Assembly: GCA_965237955.1 (NCBI GenBank)
Contig: OZ250169.1
Span: 864,001 to 928,000 of the forward strand
Reading direction: 5' to 3'
Length of the DNA: 64,000 nucleotides
Source of the DNA: Candidatus Marinacidobacterales bacterium
GTDB lineage: Bacteria; Acidobacteriota; Vicinamibacteria; Marinacidobacterales; SMYC01
Both the position numbers and the translations under genes were made by a program. Positions 54,076-64,000 of this stretch are shown here, in pieces (position 1 is the stretch's first letter; the number at the start of each line of letters is the position of its first letter). The notes beneath the pieces are model-generated. The model was not told where the DNA came from, made no database searches, and saw only the letters and a program-made list of their open reading frames with translations.

Positions 54076-55794
54076 GGTGCTCCTGCCATTTCAGTGGATC
54101 CTCTCGAGGGTGAGACCGCCACAGTTTAGGTAGACGAGACTGATGAGAGCTTCGGCAGAGTGGAGTCCAAAGCTGCGGTGGCTCAGCAGCCGGATTTTGT
54201 TGTTCATTCCTTCGAGTCGGCCGTTGCTGAGTCTCCACGTGACCCACGCGATGACGCCATCGAAGTGGCTGCGGATCATCTTCGCCGCGCGTTTGACGGG
54301 CTCTATCCTCGAGCTCATAGCGCGCCGCAGCCATCCTCGGAGAAACTTCTTGGCCCATGTCTCGGTTTTGTAGGTGTAGAGGTCCATGAAGTCGTCGCGC
54401 AGAAGCATGGCGCGGTAGAGGCGACGATTAGCTCGCACCTGCTCGCGGAGCACCCGTTTGTCTTTCGCGCTGCGGTTGTGTTTGGCCTTGAGAAGGGGAA
54501 ACTTGGTGTTCTTGAGGTTGCGCCGGGCAGTCCCTTTGAGCTCGCGCACCAGCTCGCGCCGGGTCTTATCCACGGCCTCGTTCAGATGCTTGACGATGTG
54601 GAAGCGGTCAAAGATCACCCGTGCCTGAGGAGCCTTTTTGCCGACGACAGTTATGTACGGCTCCCACATGTCCATGCTGACCGCTTCGAGCTCCGCGGCT
54701 CTTTGTGGTCCGAGCTTGCGGAAAAACCGCAGCAGCGTCTTGGCCTTGCGCTCCTTTCCCGCCCAGACGACCCGGCCGCTGAGATGGTCTATTACCACTG
54801 TTAAGTACTTGTGGCGTTTGCGGTAGCTGATCTCGTCCATCCCAATCACCCGCAATCCATCGAGCTCGCGCCGCTCATCCCGCTGCTCGGCAACCACTCG
54901 CTGGATGATCCGTCGCACCGAACGCCACGTCACTCGGAAATAGTTCGCTACGGCGCTGACGTCCGTCCTCTGTGCCAGCCACGCTACCTCTTGTTCGAAG
55001 CTTTTGGTAAAGCGGCTTCCCTTGTCGGCCCAAGGCACCTTTTCTCTGACCACTCCACACCGCCGACATACCACTCGTCGGATCGAGTAGCGAAGATAGG
55101 TCCGGACTCCGAACAGGTCCAAGTGCCGCCAGTAGCGATTGTAGCGATCTTTGTTCTTGCGGACCTTTCGTCCGCAAATCCCGCACAGAGGCTTCCTCCT
55201 CCGTGGTACTACATCCACCACCACTCTGGCTTTGTCCGCCTGGAAGTGGAAACCTCGGACCCACAGGCCTTGCAATCCGATGAGCTTGTTGACTAACGTA
55301 GTAACGCGCATCGCGGGAACGCTCTTTTCTCTTTCGGAAAAAAAGATTCTAGCGTTCTCGCCGATGCGCATCTACACATGGCTTACCCTCTCAACCCACG
55401 GGCCTCACCAAATGCCACTGCCCCTCAGCGGGAGACGAGGCTGTGGGAAACGCCCCCACGGTTCTGGTCGTTCAGACCTTGCTCACGACTGAGTTCTCTT
55501 CGAAGCCTGGAAGGGCGTTTTCCATAGCCTCCACTAATCGAGCCCCCCCTTCCTTATTCCATATGAATTAATCTTTCTTGTATATATATCAGGTGGGGCC
55601 TGTGGGCGCTCGTGGGAAACGCGAAGCGTTTTCCAAGCGATTGTGGAAAACGCCGCTCCACGTTTGTACGTGCTCACAACCTTTCCCTAAACGCCTCTCT
55701 CGCCCGGAGTTTCCGGCGTTTTCCACAATCGCGGCAGCGTCCATAGGCCATGCCCTCCAACACAAATCAGATCCCCCGAAACGACAGGAGAACC
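54076..55794 (-). mobile_element. Second ISL3-family IS; transposase 55311-54091
   Basis: CxxC pairs, GMDEIS, SMDMW, FDRFH, SNGRLEGMN; imperfect IRs GGT(G/T)CTCCTG(C/T)C. Confidence 0.85.
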
Positions 55795-55976
55795 CTATTT
55801 AATTCATCCGCGGGCACCAGCTCGCAACGAGCCTTGAAGGCAGAGATGAGCGCGGGAACCAACGACGAAATCATGCAGGCATAGTGCTGGCAGACCGGAG
55901 ACTAATCAAGTTCGGGGCGCGCGCATGAATAAATAGAAGGCACAACCAGATTCCATGGAAGAGAAGCGCGATTGGA

Positions 55977-56013
55977 AAGAGCCCGAGACCCTTCGTAGGT
56001 CTCGGGCTTTTCG
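55977..56013 (-). terminator. Terminator hairpin after the RRM gene
   Basis: AGCCCGAGACC-CTTCGTA-GGTCTCGGGCT. Confidence 0.7.
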
Positions 56014-56048
56014 CCAGCAAAAATCTGGTCCGAGTCGAGGAGTGGGGC

Positions 56049-56339
56049 TTACCAGCGCCGCCCGCCGCCACCGCGACCGCCACCGCCGCCTTCGGTCCGG
56101 GGTTTGGCTTCGTTGACGTTCAATGTACGACCACCGAGATCAGTTCCATTGACGCCACGGATGGCCGCTTGCGCGGCCGAGCTGTCCGACATCTCAACGA
56201 AAGCGAAACCACGCGGGCGACCGGTGTCGCGATCGGTGATCACGTTGACGCTACTCACCTCGCCGTAAGTCCCGAAGACGTCTCTGAGCTGTTGCTCGGT
56301 GACGTCGAAGGAACAATTGCCTACATAAATCTTACCCAT
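56049..56339 (-). CDS. RRM RNA-binding protein with Gly-rich tail
   Basis: RNP2 IYVGN, RNP1 RGFAFVEM. Confidence 0.92.
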   Translation of the reverse strand: MGKIYVGNCSFDVTEQQLRDVFGTYGEVSSVNVITDRDTGRPRGFAFVEMSDSSAAQAAIRGVNGTDLGGRTLNVNEAKPRTEGGGGGRGGGGRRW

Positions 56340-56810
56340 GAAATGAACTCCTGAACGGAAAGGGCCTAAGCGAGGGCTGACGGAGGTGTGGTGGAAGTCA
56401 CCAGCAAAAAAAACTACGAAGAGCCGTCGGATAGCTGACGGCGCCATACTGGACTATTCCCGGGTGCGTGTCAAACCCGGCATGTGCCGTGACTATCCAC
56501 GGGCTGTGCTGGTTCAAGTCGCTCCGACGCTCTACCTCGAGGACGACCGAGGACTTCAGATGGGTGTCCCTTCCATAAACTCGAGCTGCATGAGATTGGC
56601 GAACTCCTCGTGTCCGAAAACGCGAACGGAGCCGAAACCTCGAATCCTAGAGGTGTTCTCGAAACGCAATAACGTGCTGGAGAAAGATCTCGCTCCTCCC
56701 GCGCAGCCCCGCTTTGCGGGCCGCCAATCCAAGTGTCGTCGACCTCGACCGCTGGGCGTCCTGTGCCAAAACTCGGCCCTTTTGAAATAGACCACAAATC
56801 AGCAGCTTAG

Positions 56811-57198
56811 ACGCCCTTGGAATCCGCGCAGAATCGAGGGTATTTCGCGCCGCAGGGCTGGCTTCCGACCCCAGAGCTGCGGGTGGCGAGCGACAGGCCC
56901 ATCGGGGGTGCGCACGGCTGGCTCAAATCGGCTGCGGGGCGAGCTACGGGCAGTGAACTTCGAACCCGGAAGTCCCTCATTAGACTGGACTTTATCGAGC
57001 ACAAGAGCGAACGTTCGGTGATGCCGCAGGATACAGGGGTTGGCCGGAACGTCGTTTTGGACGGTTTGGACTTCGCCAGCTTACGGCGGGTCTGGGAGCA
57101 GACCTTTGGGGCTGCTCCTCCAAGCTCGCTCTCGCGTGTTTTCCTGCGCCGCGTTCTCTTGCACGAACGCCAGTGCCGGACCCATGGCGGGCTTTCGG
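56811..57198 (+). pseudogene. Leader and 5' part of the DUF2924 gene
   Basis: Matches ~6924-7218; cut by IS5 type B. Confidence 0.88.
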
Positions 57199-57721
57199 TG
57201 CCTTGGTGCACAACTCGCGATCTCGGTCCACAATTGTCCTTTACTCACGGATTCGAGGTTCCCCATGAGCATTTTCAAACGCACTCAGCGGAAGTATGTG
57301 AAGAAGGCCTATCGCGTGAGGAATTGGCGTGAATATGAGGCGGGTCTACGCAACCGTGGGAGCCTGACCGTCTGGATCTCGCTCACCGCCGGCAAGCTTG
57401 TGAACTGGGACGCGCCCCGGCCGAGGAGGAGGAAACCGGGCCGTCAACGCAAGTACTCGAACCACGCCATCGAGACGGCTGTCACCCTGGGCATGGTGTT
57501 TCATCTGTCATCTAGGCAGAGCGAGGGATTGCTGCGATCGTTGTTCGCTCTGATGAAGCTAGACAATGATGTGCCCGATCACACCACGATCTCGAGGCGC
57601 AAGGCGAAGCTGGGTAAGGTCCCCTTCTTACCAAGACAAGCAGAAGACGCCGTTGCACATCTTGATCGACAGCAGCGGTCTCGCTGTCCACGCCGGCCAG
57701 CTGCGCAGAGCACCAAAGAGC
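57199..57721 (+). mobile_element. IS5 type B, 5' fragment
   Basis: IR TGCCTTGGTGCACAACTC; MSIFKRTQRKY... Confidence 0.88.
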
Positions 57722-58806
57722 GGCGTTGTTGCACCGCTCTGGCTGAGAGCGAAATCCGCCTATGGTGGTGGCCGAGGTATGTTCGAGCATGAAGTATCCC
57801 AAGCGCTGCCAGTACAAGCACGCGAAGCAGAAGAAGTACCACGTTCGCAACTGGGCGGAATACAACGAAGGGCTGCGCCGCCGGGGCGATTTGACAGTCT
57901 GGTTTGACGAGGAGGCAATCGCGAACTGGAAGGCCGACAAGACCGGTAAGCCTGGCGGTCAACGGGTCTATTCAGACATGGCGATTGAAACGGGCCTGGT
58001 TGTCCGGATGGTGTACAAGCTCGCCTACCGACAAACCGAAGGCTTCTTGCACTCGATCGCCTCGCTTCTCGGGCTCGGTATCGAGATCCCGGACTACTCG
58101 ACGTTGTGTCGGCGCTCGAGGTTGCTCCGCAAGAAGCTGCGGATTCCGAAAGCCGCGAGCACTCAACCCATCCACCTGATGATCGATAGCACGGGCTTGA
58201 GGATTCATGTTGGAAACGCTCGCAAACCGCCAAAGCAGCGCGCATGGCGCAAGTTGCACATCGCCGTTGATCGCGAGACAGGGAACATTGTTGCGTCCGA
58301 ACTGACGGCGTCACGAGCTCGCGACGCAACCCGAGTCCCCGCTTTGCTAACACAGATTCAAGCACCTCTAGTGTCGGTGGCGGCGGACAGTGCATACGAC
58401 AAGGAAGCGGTCTACGAAGCCATCGAAGCGCACAGTCCTGGACGAAGGACGCGCGTGGTGATTCCGCCGCAACGAAACGCGACGCTCAGTCAGAATTCGA
58501 ACACCGCCATGCAGGAGCGCGATCGCCATATTCGTGCAATCGAAAGACACGGCCGACGTGAATGGTACAAGCTCTCAGGCTACACCAAACGAAGCATGGT
58601 GGAGAACGCGGTCTATCGTTACAAGGCGATCATCGGGCCGGAGATGCGGGCTCGAACGTTGGCGAGGCAACGAGTTGAACACCGAATTGGGTGCGAGATA
58701 CTCAACAAGATGGCTGCGCTCGGGATGCCCGATACGTACTGCGCCGGGTGACTCTGCAACCGGCACAGGGAGGTCAGCGATTTGCTCCGGGCCGTGCAAC
58801 AACGCC
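57722..58806 (+). mobile_element. IS5 type A, complete
   Basis: Both IRs; 329-aa ORF; no TSD. Confidence 0.92.
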
Positions 58807-59043
58807 TAGCGATGGCATTCCGAAAATCGATATTTGCACATTGTCGTTTTTGATTTGCGCGACGAGAACCCCCGTGCCTAATATGGGTTCGAGTGGGGCG
58901 AGGGCCCACACCGATACTTACTCAATGAGACTGGGACCACATGTCGCCTACGGGCGATAAACTTCCATAAAACTACTCCTTGGTTTTTCCCTCCTTAATT
59001 AGGCCCTCGCTCCTCTTCACCTTTCCCGGGCCATCCCGTTTTG

Positions 59044-59072
59044 TTGACTTGGCTACGCCCCTTGGCTACGAT
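59044..59072 (+). promoter_or_regulatory. Sigma70-type promoter for the tRNA
   Basis: TTGACT-17 bp-TACGAT. Confidence 0.7.
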
Positions 59073-59087
59073 AAGAGTCTCCATCGT

Positions 59088-59163
59088 GGGGCTGTGGCGC
59101 AGTTGGGAGCGCGCCTGAATGGCATTCAGGAGGTCACGGGTTCGACCCCCGTCAGCTCCACCA
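59088..59163 (+). tRNA. tRNA-Ala(GGC)
   Basis: GGGGCTG acceptor stem with G3-U70, anticodon arm CCTGA-ATGGCAT-TCAGG, GTTCGA T-loop, CCA end. Confidence 0.95.
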
Positions 59164-59471
59164 TTTTTGCGACCTCTGGTCGCAAGAATGTCCGCCGAAG
59201 CTGAAATCCAATCGCACCAAGCGAAGGCGGACCGATGTCTCCCCGTTTTCGAGCGGATCTCGAGATGCGCTCGGCCACTTGAACGAAACAAGGGTTCGCT
59301 ACGCTTCAGGCGGTGAGCGACCTCCCCACCGTAAGCTATGGCACTTCTCATGGGTACACCTTCGAACATCGATGACCAAAACCGGTAGTGGTCTAGTTTG
59401 AACTAGACCACTACCCCAAAACCCTTCGGATCCGTCCGCGAAGGGTAGAGTGATAATATTGGGCTCTTCGC

Positions 59472-61823
59472 TGCCTTGGTGCACAACTCCGATAGAGGCC
59501 GATAGCTCGCTTGGCCCCGACTCCCATCATCCGATCATCTCGCTATCAGGCATCCCGAGCGCCGTCATGGTGTTGAGAATCTTGCACCCGATCCTTGCCT
59601 CGACTCTCTGTGCCGCCAACCCTCTCGCTCGCATCGCTGAGCCCACGATAGCCTTGTAGCGATGGAACGTTGTCTCGACTTTGCTCCGTTTGCTGTAGCC
59701 CGATTCTGTGTGCCACTTTCGTTTGCCGAGCCGAGCTTGTGCTGCAATGTTGCGATTGCGCTGTCGGCTGCTCGCCGGCCCCGATGCGAGCTGGGCGCCC
59801 TTGCGCGGCGGTATCAGCACCCTCGGCGAGCGATGAGCGCTGTGATTCTCGATTGCCTCATAGACGCCGCTGGCGTCGTATGCGGTGTCAGCTCTGGCCG
59901 ATGAGATGGGACTTGACCCTGCCCGGGTTTTGTGGACACCAACCGAGGCGCGACAATGCGCCTGGAGGCGTCCATGGGAAAGCGACGACGAAGGAAGTTC
60001 ACGGGGGAGTTCAAGAAGGAAGCGGTCCGGCTGTTCAAAGCGGGCGAGCGCAGCATCGGCCAGGTCGCTAAGGAACTGGACCTGACGGAATCAGCCCTTC
60101 GAAACTGGGTGAAACAATACGAGGTTGATCACGGTGAAGGTCCACGCGAGGCTCTGACGACGGCGGAACGTGATGAGCTCCGTTCGCTGCGACGTCGAGT
60201 ACGCACGTTGGAGCAAGAGCGAGAAATATTAAAAAAGGCGGCGGCCTTCTTCGCGAAGGAAAGCGAATGAGATTCAAGTTCATTCACGCGGAGCGGGCCA
60301 ACTATCCGGTGCGGGTGATGTGCCGAGTCCTGAGGGTATCGACCAGCGGCTACTACGCTCAGATGAAGCGCGCGCCCAGCAGGCGACAGTGTGAGGATGG
60401 GAAGCTGAAGCTGCGCATCCAAGCGATCCACGCCCATAGCCGTGGTACCTACGGCAGGGAGCGTGTACGTCGCCAGCTTGACGGGGAGAACGTCGAGGTG
60501 GGCAAGCAGCGAGTGGCACGGCTGATGCGTGAGATGGGCCTGCAGGGCCTGCCCAGCAAGCGTTTTCGCCGCACGACCGACAGCAAGCACGATCGCCCTA
60601 TCGCGCCCAACGTGCTCGGCCGGCACTTCGAAGCCGAACGAGCGAACCAGTTCTGGGTGACGGACATAACCTTCATCCGGACTTGGGAAGGCTGGCTCTA
60701 CTTGGCGGTCATCCTCGATCTGTTCTCGCGTCGTGTCGTCGGCTGGGCGATGCAGTCCCACCTGCGCGCAGAGCTTGCTCTCGAGGCGCTTCACATGGCC
60801 TTGGGGCGCCGTCTGCCTGGAAGTGGCTTGTGCATCATTCAGACCGTGGTACTCAATACGCGGCTGCGTCTTACCAGGCCGTGCTCGATGAGTACGGCAT
60901 CGTGTGCTCGATGAGCCGCAAAGGTAATTGCTGGGACAACGCCGTGAGCGAAAGCTTCTTCGGTACGCTCAAGACCGAGCTCGTCAACCGGCGGAGCTGG
61001 CCAACCCGGCGGAGCGCCAAAGACGCCGTCGCCAGCTACATCGAAGGCTTCTACAACCCGCATCGACTTCACTCGTCGCTCGGCTACGTGAGCCCGATGC
61101 TGTTCGAGCAATTACACGCTCTTAAATCTGCTGATGCGAGATGATCAACCCGTCCACTTTTCCCGGGCAAGGTTAACTGTCGATCTGTCCGACAAGCGAT
61201 GCAACCCGCGATGAATCGCGGGCTCTTTTGCTCGTCAGCTCGCCGGCGACGACTTCGCCACTCTGCTCGTCGACACACAGATGGAGCTTGCGATAGTCCC
61301 TGCTCTTTGGTGCTCTGCGCAGCTGGCCGGCGTGGACAGCGAGACCGCTGCTGTCGATCAAGATGTGCAACGGCGTCTTCTGCTTGTCTTGGTAGAAGGG
61401 GACCTTACCCAGCTTCGCCTTGCGCCTCGAGATCGTGGTGTGATCGGGCACATCATTGTCTAGCTTCATCAGAGCGAACAACGACCGCAGCAATCCCTCG
61501 CTCTGCCTAGATGACAGATGAAACACCATGCCCAGGGTGACAGCCGTCTCGATGGCGTGGTTCGAGTACTTGCGTTGACGGCCCGGTTTCCTCCTCCTCG
61601 GCCGGGGCGCGTCCCAGTTCACAAGCTTGCCGGCGGTGAGCGAGATCCAGACGGTCAAGCTCCCACGGTTGCGTAGACCCGCCTCATATTCACGCCAATT
61701 CCTCACGCGATAGGCCTTCTTCACATACTTCCGCTGAGTGCGTTTGAAAATGCTCATGGGGAACCTCGAATCCGTGAGTAAAGGACAATTGTGGACCGAG
61801 ATCGCGAGTTGTGCACCAAGGCA
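59472..61823 (-). mobile_element. IS5 type B interrupted by IS3
   Basis: Both IRs; ...VGQIDS | PISSARADTAYD... rejoins across the IS3. Confidence 0.9.
59914..61175 (+). mobile_element. IS3-family IS (orfA ~59974-60270; orfB frameshifted near 60825)
   Basis: IR TGACC(C/T)TGCCCGGG, 3-bp TSD ACT, A6G slippery site ~60231, WVTDIT/HSDRG/WDNA motifs. Confidence 0.92.
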
Positions 61824-61971
61824 TCAGAACTCCAGTCCTCCTGAGTCCTCTAGAGTCCTCCCCAGTTTTGGAGACGTTTTGGAGACGGAGGACAGGTCCC
61901 GCCATCCGCTGATTGAAGCTCGCGCTGGTCCCAACTAGAATGTCCATCCAGAAGACCGACGAGTCGCCAAA

Positions 61972-63153
61972 GTGATCGGCCAAACCCTCGCCCACTACAA
62001 GATCTTGGAGAAGATCGGCTCGGGCGGTATGGGCGACGTCTATCTGGCCGAGGACACCAAGCTAGACCGCAAGGTGGCGCTGAAGGTTCTCCCCCCGGAG
62101 CTTGCCGAGAGCGAGATGCGCCGGGCTCGGTTCCAACGAGAAGCCAAAGCCATCGCCGCGCTCAATCATCCCAATATCGTTCACGTCTATTCGGTGGAGG
62201 AGGTTGAGGGAGTCCACTTCATCACGATGGAGCTGGTCCAGGGGAAGACGCTCACGGAGCTGATCCCGAAGAAGGGCCTGGCGCTGAACAAGTTCTTCGA
62301 GTTGGCGATTCCCCTCGCCGATGCGGTGAGTGCGGCGCACCAGAAGGGCATCATCCACCGGGATCTGAAACCGGACAACTTGATGCAGGACGAGGAGCGG
62401 CGTCTCAAGATTCTCGACTTCGGCCTCGCGAAATGGAGGCAAGAGCTCCTCGAGGCAGGTCTGAGCGAGCTACCAACCCTGGAGGCTACGGGAGAAGGAC
62501 GCATTGTGGGGACGCTGAACTACATGTCTCCCGAGCAGGCGGAAGGCAAGACGGTCGATCACCGCTCGGACATCTTCTCGATTGGAATCATCCTTTATGA
62601 GATGGCGACGGGACAACGCCCTTTCACAGGACAAACGGCCGCTTCGGTTCTTTCCTCAATCATCAAAGAGACGCCTCCGTCGATCACCGAAGTCAATCCC
62701 GCTCTACCAAAGTCCCTGTGGAGAATCACCAGACGGTGTTTGGCCAAAGATACGGAACGTCGGTATCAGTCTGCCAAAGAGATCCGAAATGAACTGGAGG
62801 AATTGACGGGAGAGCTGGCCTCGGGAGAGCTCGTGGAGGGAGCGGTCGTTCCGATGCGCTCCCCGGTCGTGAAGTGGTTTGCCGCGGCCGCCGTGACGCT
62901 AGCCCTGGCCCTCGTGGGAGCGCTCGGCTACTTCCTCCGAGAGGCATCGAGCGCCCGTCTTCGCTTCACCAACCCGATTCAGATCACCTCGGCGGTGGGC
63001 GTGGAAGACTTCCCCACGTGGTCTCCCGGTGGCGAGCGCCTGGCATTTCAGTCGGACGAGAGCGGCAATAATGACATCTGGGTGGCCCAGCTCGGAGGCG
63101 GGGGAGCGCTCAACCTTACGGTGGCTCGCGTCGAGGAAGACCGAAGTCCGAGG
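61972..63153 (+). pseudogene. Ser/Thr protein kinase with TM segment and PD40 repeat, truncated by IS5 type B
   Basis: GSGGMG, VALK, HRDLKPDN, DFG, YMSPE; PTWSPGG. Confidence 0.9.
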
Positions 63154-64000
63154 TGCCTTGGTGCACAACTCGCGATCTCGGTCCACAATTGTCCTTTACT
63201 CACGGATTCGAGGTTCCCCATGAGCATTTTCAAACGCACTCAGCGGAAGTATGTGAAGAAGGCCTATCGCGTGAGGAATTGGCGTGAATATGAGGCGGGT
63301 CTACGCAACCGTGGGAGCTTGACCGTCTGGATCTCGCTCACCGCCGGCAAGCTTGTGAACTGGGACGCGCCCCGGCCGAGGAGGAGGAAACCGGGCCGTC
63401 AACGCAAGTACTCGAACCACGCCATCGAGACGGCTGTCACCCTGGGCATGGTGTTTCATCTGTCATCTAGGCAGAGCGAGGGATTGCTGCGGTCGTTGTT
63501 CGCTCTGATGAAGCTAGACAATGATGTGCCCGATCACACCACGATCTCGAGGCGCAAGGCGAAGCTGGGTAAGGTCCCCTTCTACCAAGACAAGCAGAAG
63601 ACGCCGTTGCACATCTTGATCGACAGCAGCGGTCTCGCTGTCCACGCCGGCCAGCTGCGCAGAGCACCAAAGAGCAGGGACTATCGCAAGCTCCATCTGT
63701 GTGTCGACGAGCAGAGTGGCGAAGTCGTCGCCGGCGAGCTGACGAGCAAAAGAGCCCGCGATTCATCGCTGGTTGCATCGCTTGTCGGACAGATCGACAG
63801 TTGACCTTGCCCGGGAAAAGTGGACGGGTTGATCATCTCGCATCAGCAGATTTAAGAGCGTGTAATTGCTCGAACAGCATCGGGCTCACGTAGCCGAGCG
63901 ACGAGTGAAGTCGATGCGGGTTGTAGAAGCCTTCGATGTAGCTGGCGACGGCGTCTTTGGCGCTCCGCCGGGTTGGCCAGCTCCGCCGGTTGACGAGCTC
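63154..64000 (+). mobile_element. Inverted copy of the IS5B::IS3 composite, runs off the window
   Basis: 63154-64000 is the near-exact reverse complement of ~60977-61823, including the IS3 junction. Confidence 0.9.

Larger units (their letters stand above)
12905..55944 (-). repeat. Dispersed 'B-end' (left end of a second integrase-core IS), 7 copies
   Basis: ...CAAGTTCGGTGCGCGCGGATGAATAAATAGAAGGCACA ending at ~12942, 16522, 23717, 32956, 52482, 53060, 55944; three copies adjoin the start MISS(F/L)V.AL.SAFKAR. Confidence 0.8.
2498..56810. repeat. Dispersed 'A-end' repeat (~54-bp core, 20 copies); terminal inverted repeat of the integrase-core IS
   Basis: Tips on + at 2551, 4442 (split copy), 10296, 19157, 31148, 33027, 33508, 36502, 40080, 41133, 51916, 52752; tips on - at 6870, 12141, 12851, 29721, 31364, 32648, 52858, 56757. 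The core contains an IHF-consensus match (AATCAGCAGCTTA = WATCARNNNNTTR). Confidence 0.9.

Noticed and set aside
56700-56756. IS1595 transposase (VEVDDTWIGG) as mobiliser of the 2904-4410 cassette
   Set aside because: Only a ~55-bp relic; it cannot encode a protein
2498-56810. A-end repeats as a CRISPR array
   Set aside because: Spacing is 0.1-10 kb, both orientations occur, no cas genes are present, and the repeat is the TIR of an intact IS
10243-56810. Recurring peptides [18 protein letters not shown] / VLCQNSALLK / SCAKTRPF as a protein domain
   Set aside because: These are translations of the A-end DNA in different frames

Overview
GC-rich, extremely transposon-dense 64 kb window. The host genes (Oar-type TonB receptor, VPS10-type beta-propeller hydrolase, Ser/Thr kinase with PD40 repeat, Yip1, Calx-beta autotransporter) suggest an Acidobacteriota-like, possibly host-associated bacterium; this is inference. 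The window is a patchwork of gene fragments (defence, phage, housekeeping) joined mostly at insertion-sequence ends. The dominant structure is a ~54-bp end (CTAAGCTGCTGATTT...GAGTTTTGGCACAGGACG) present in 20 copies. It belongs to an rve/integrase-core IS with ~100-bp terminal inverted repeats and CGT termini, of which one intact copy lies at 29721-31148. Related YGT-ended elements and MITEs, a DUF2924/large-serine-recombinase module bracketed by these ends, an ORF-less group II intron inserted exactly at such an IS tip, and a transposase-less IS1595-type cassette carrying a HicAB-like pair are also present. Other content: IS5 (two IS903-like types), IS110/IS1111, two ISL3, IS21, IS3, an IS256 fragment, a Tn3-like end, tRNA-Ala(GGC), VapBC/FitAB, an OLD-type ATPase and terminase remnants. 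All calls are from manual reading; no database searches were run and coordinates may be off by a few bases.
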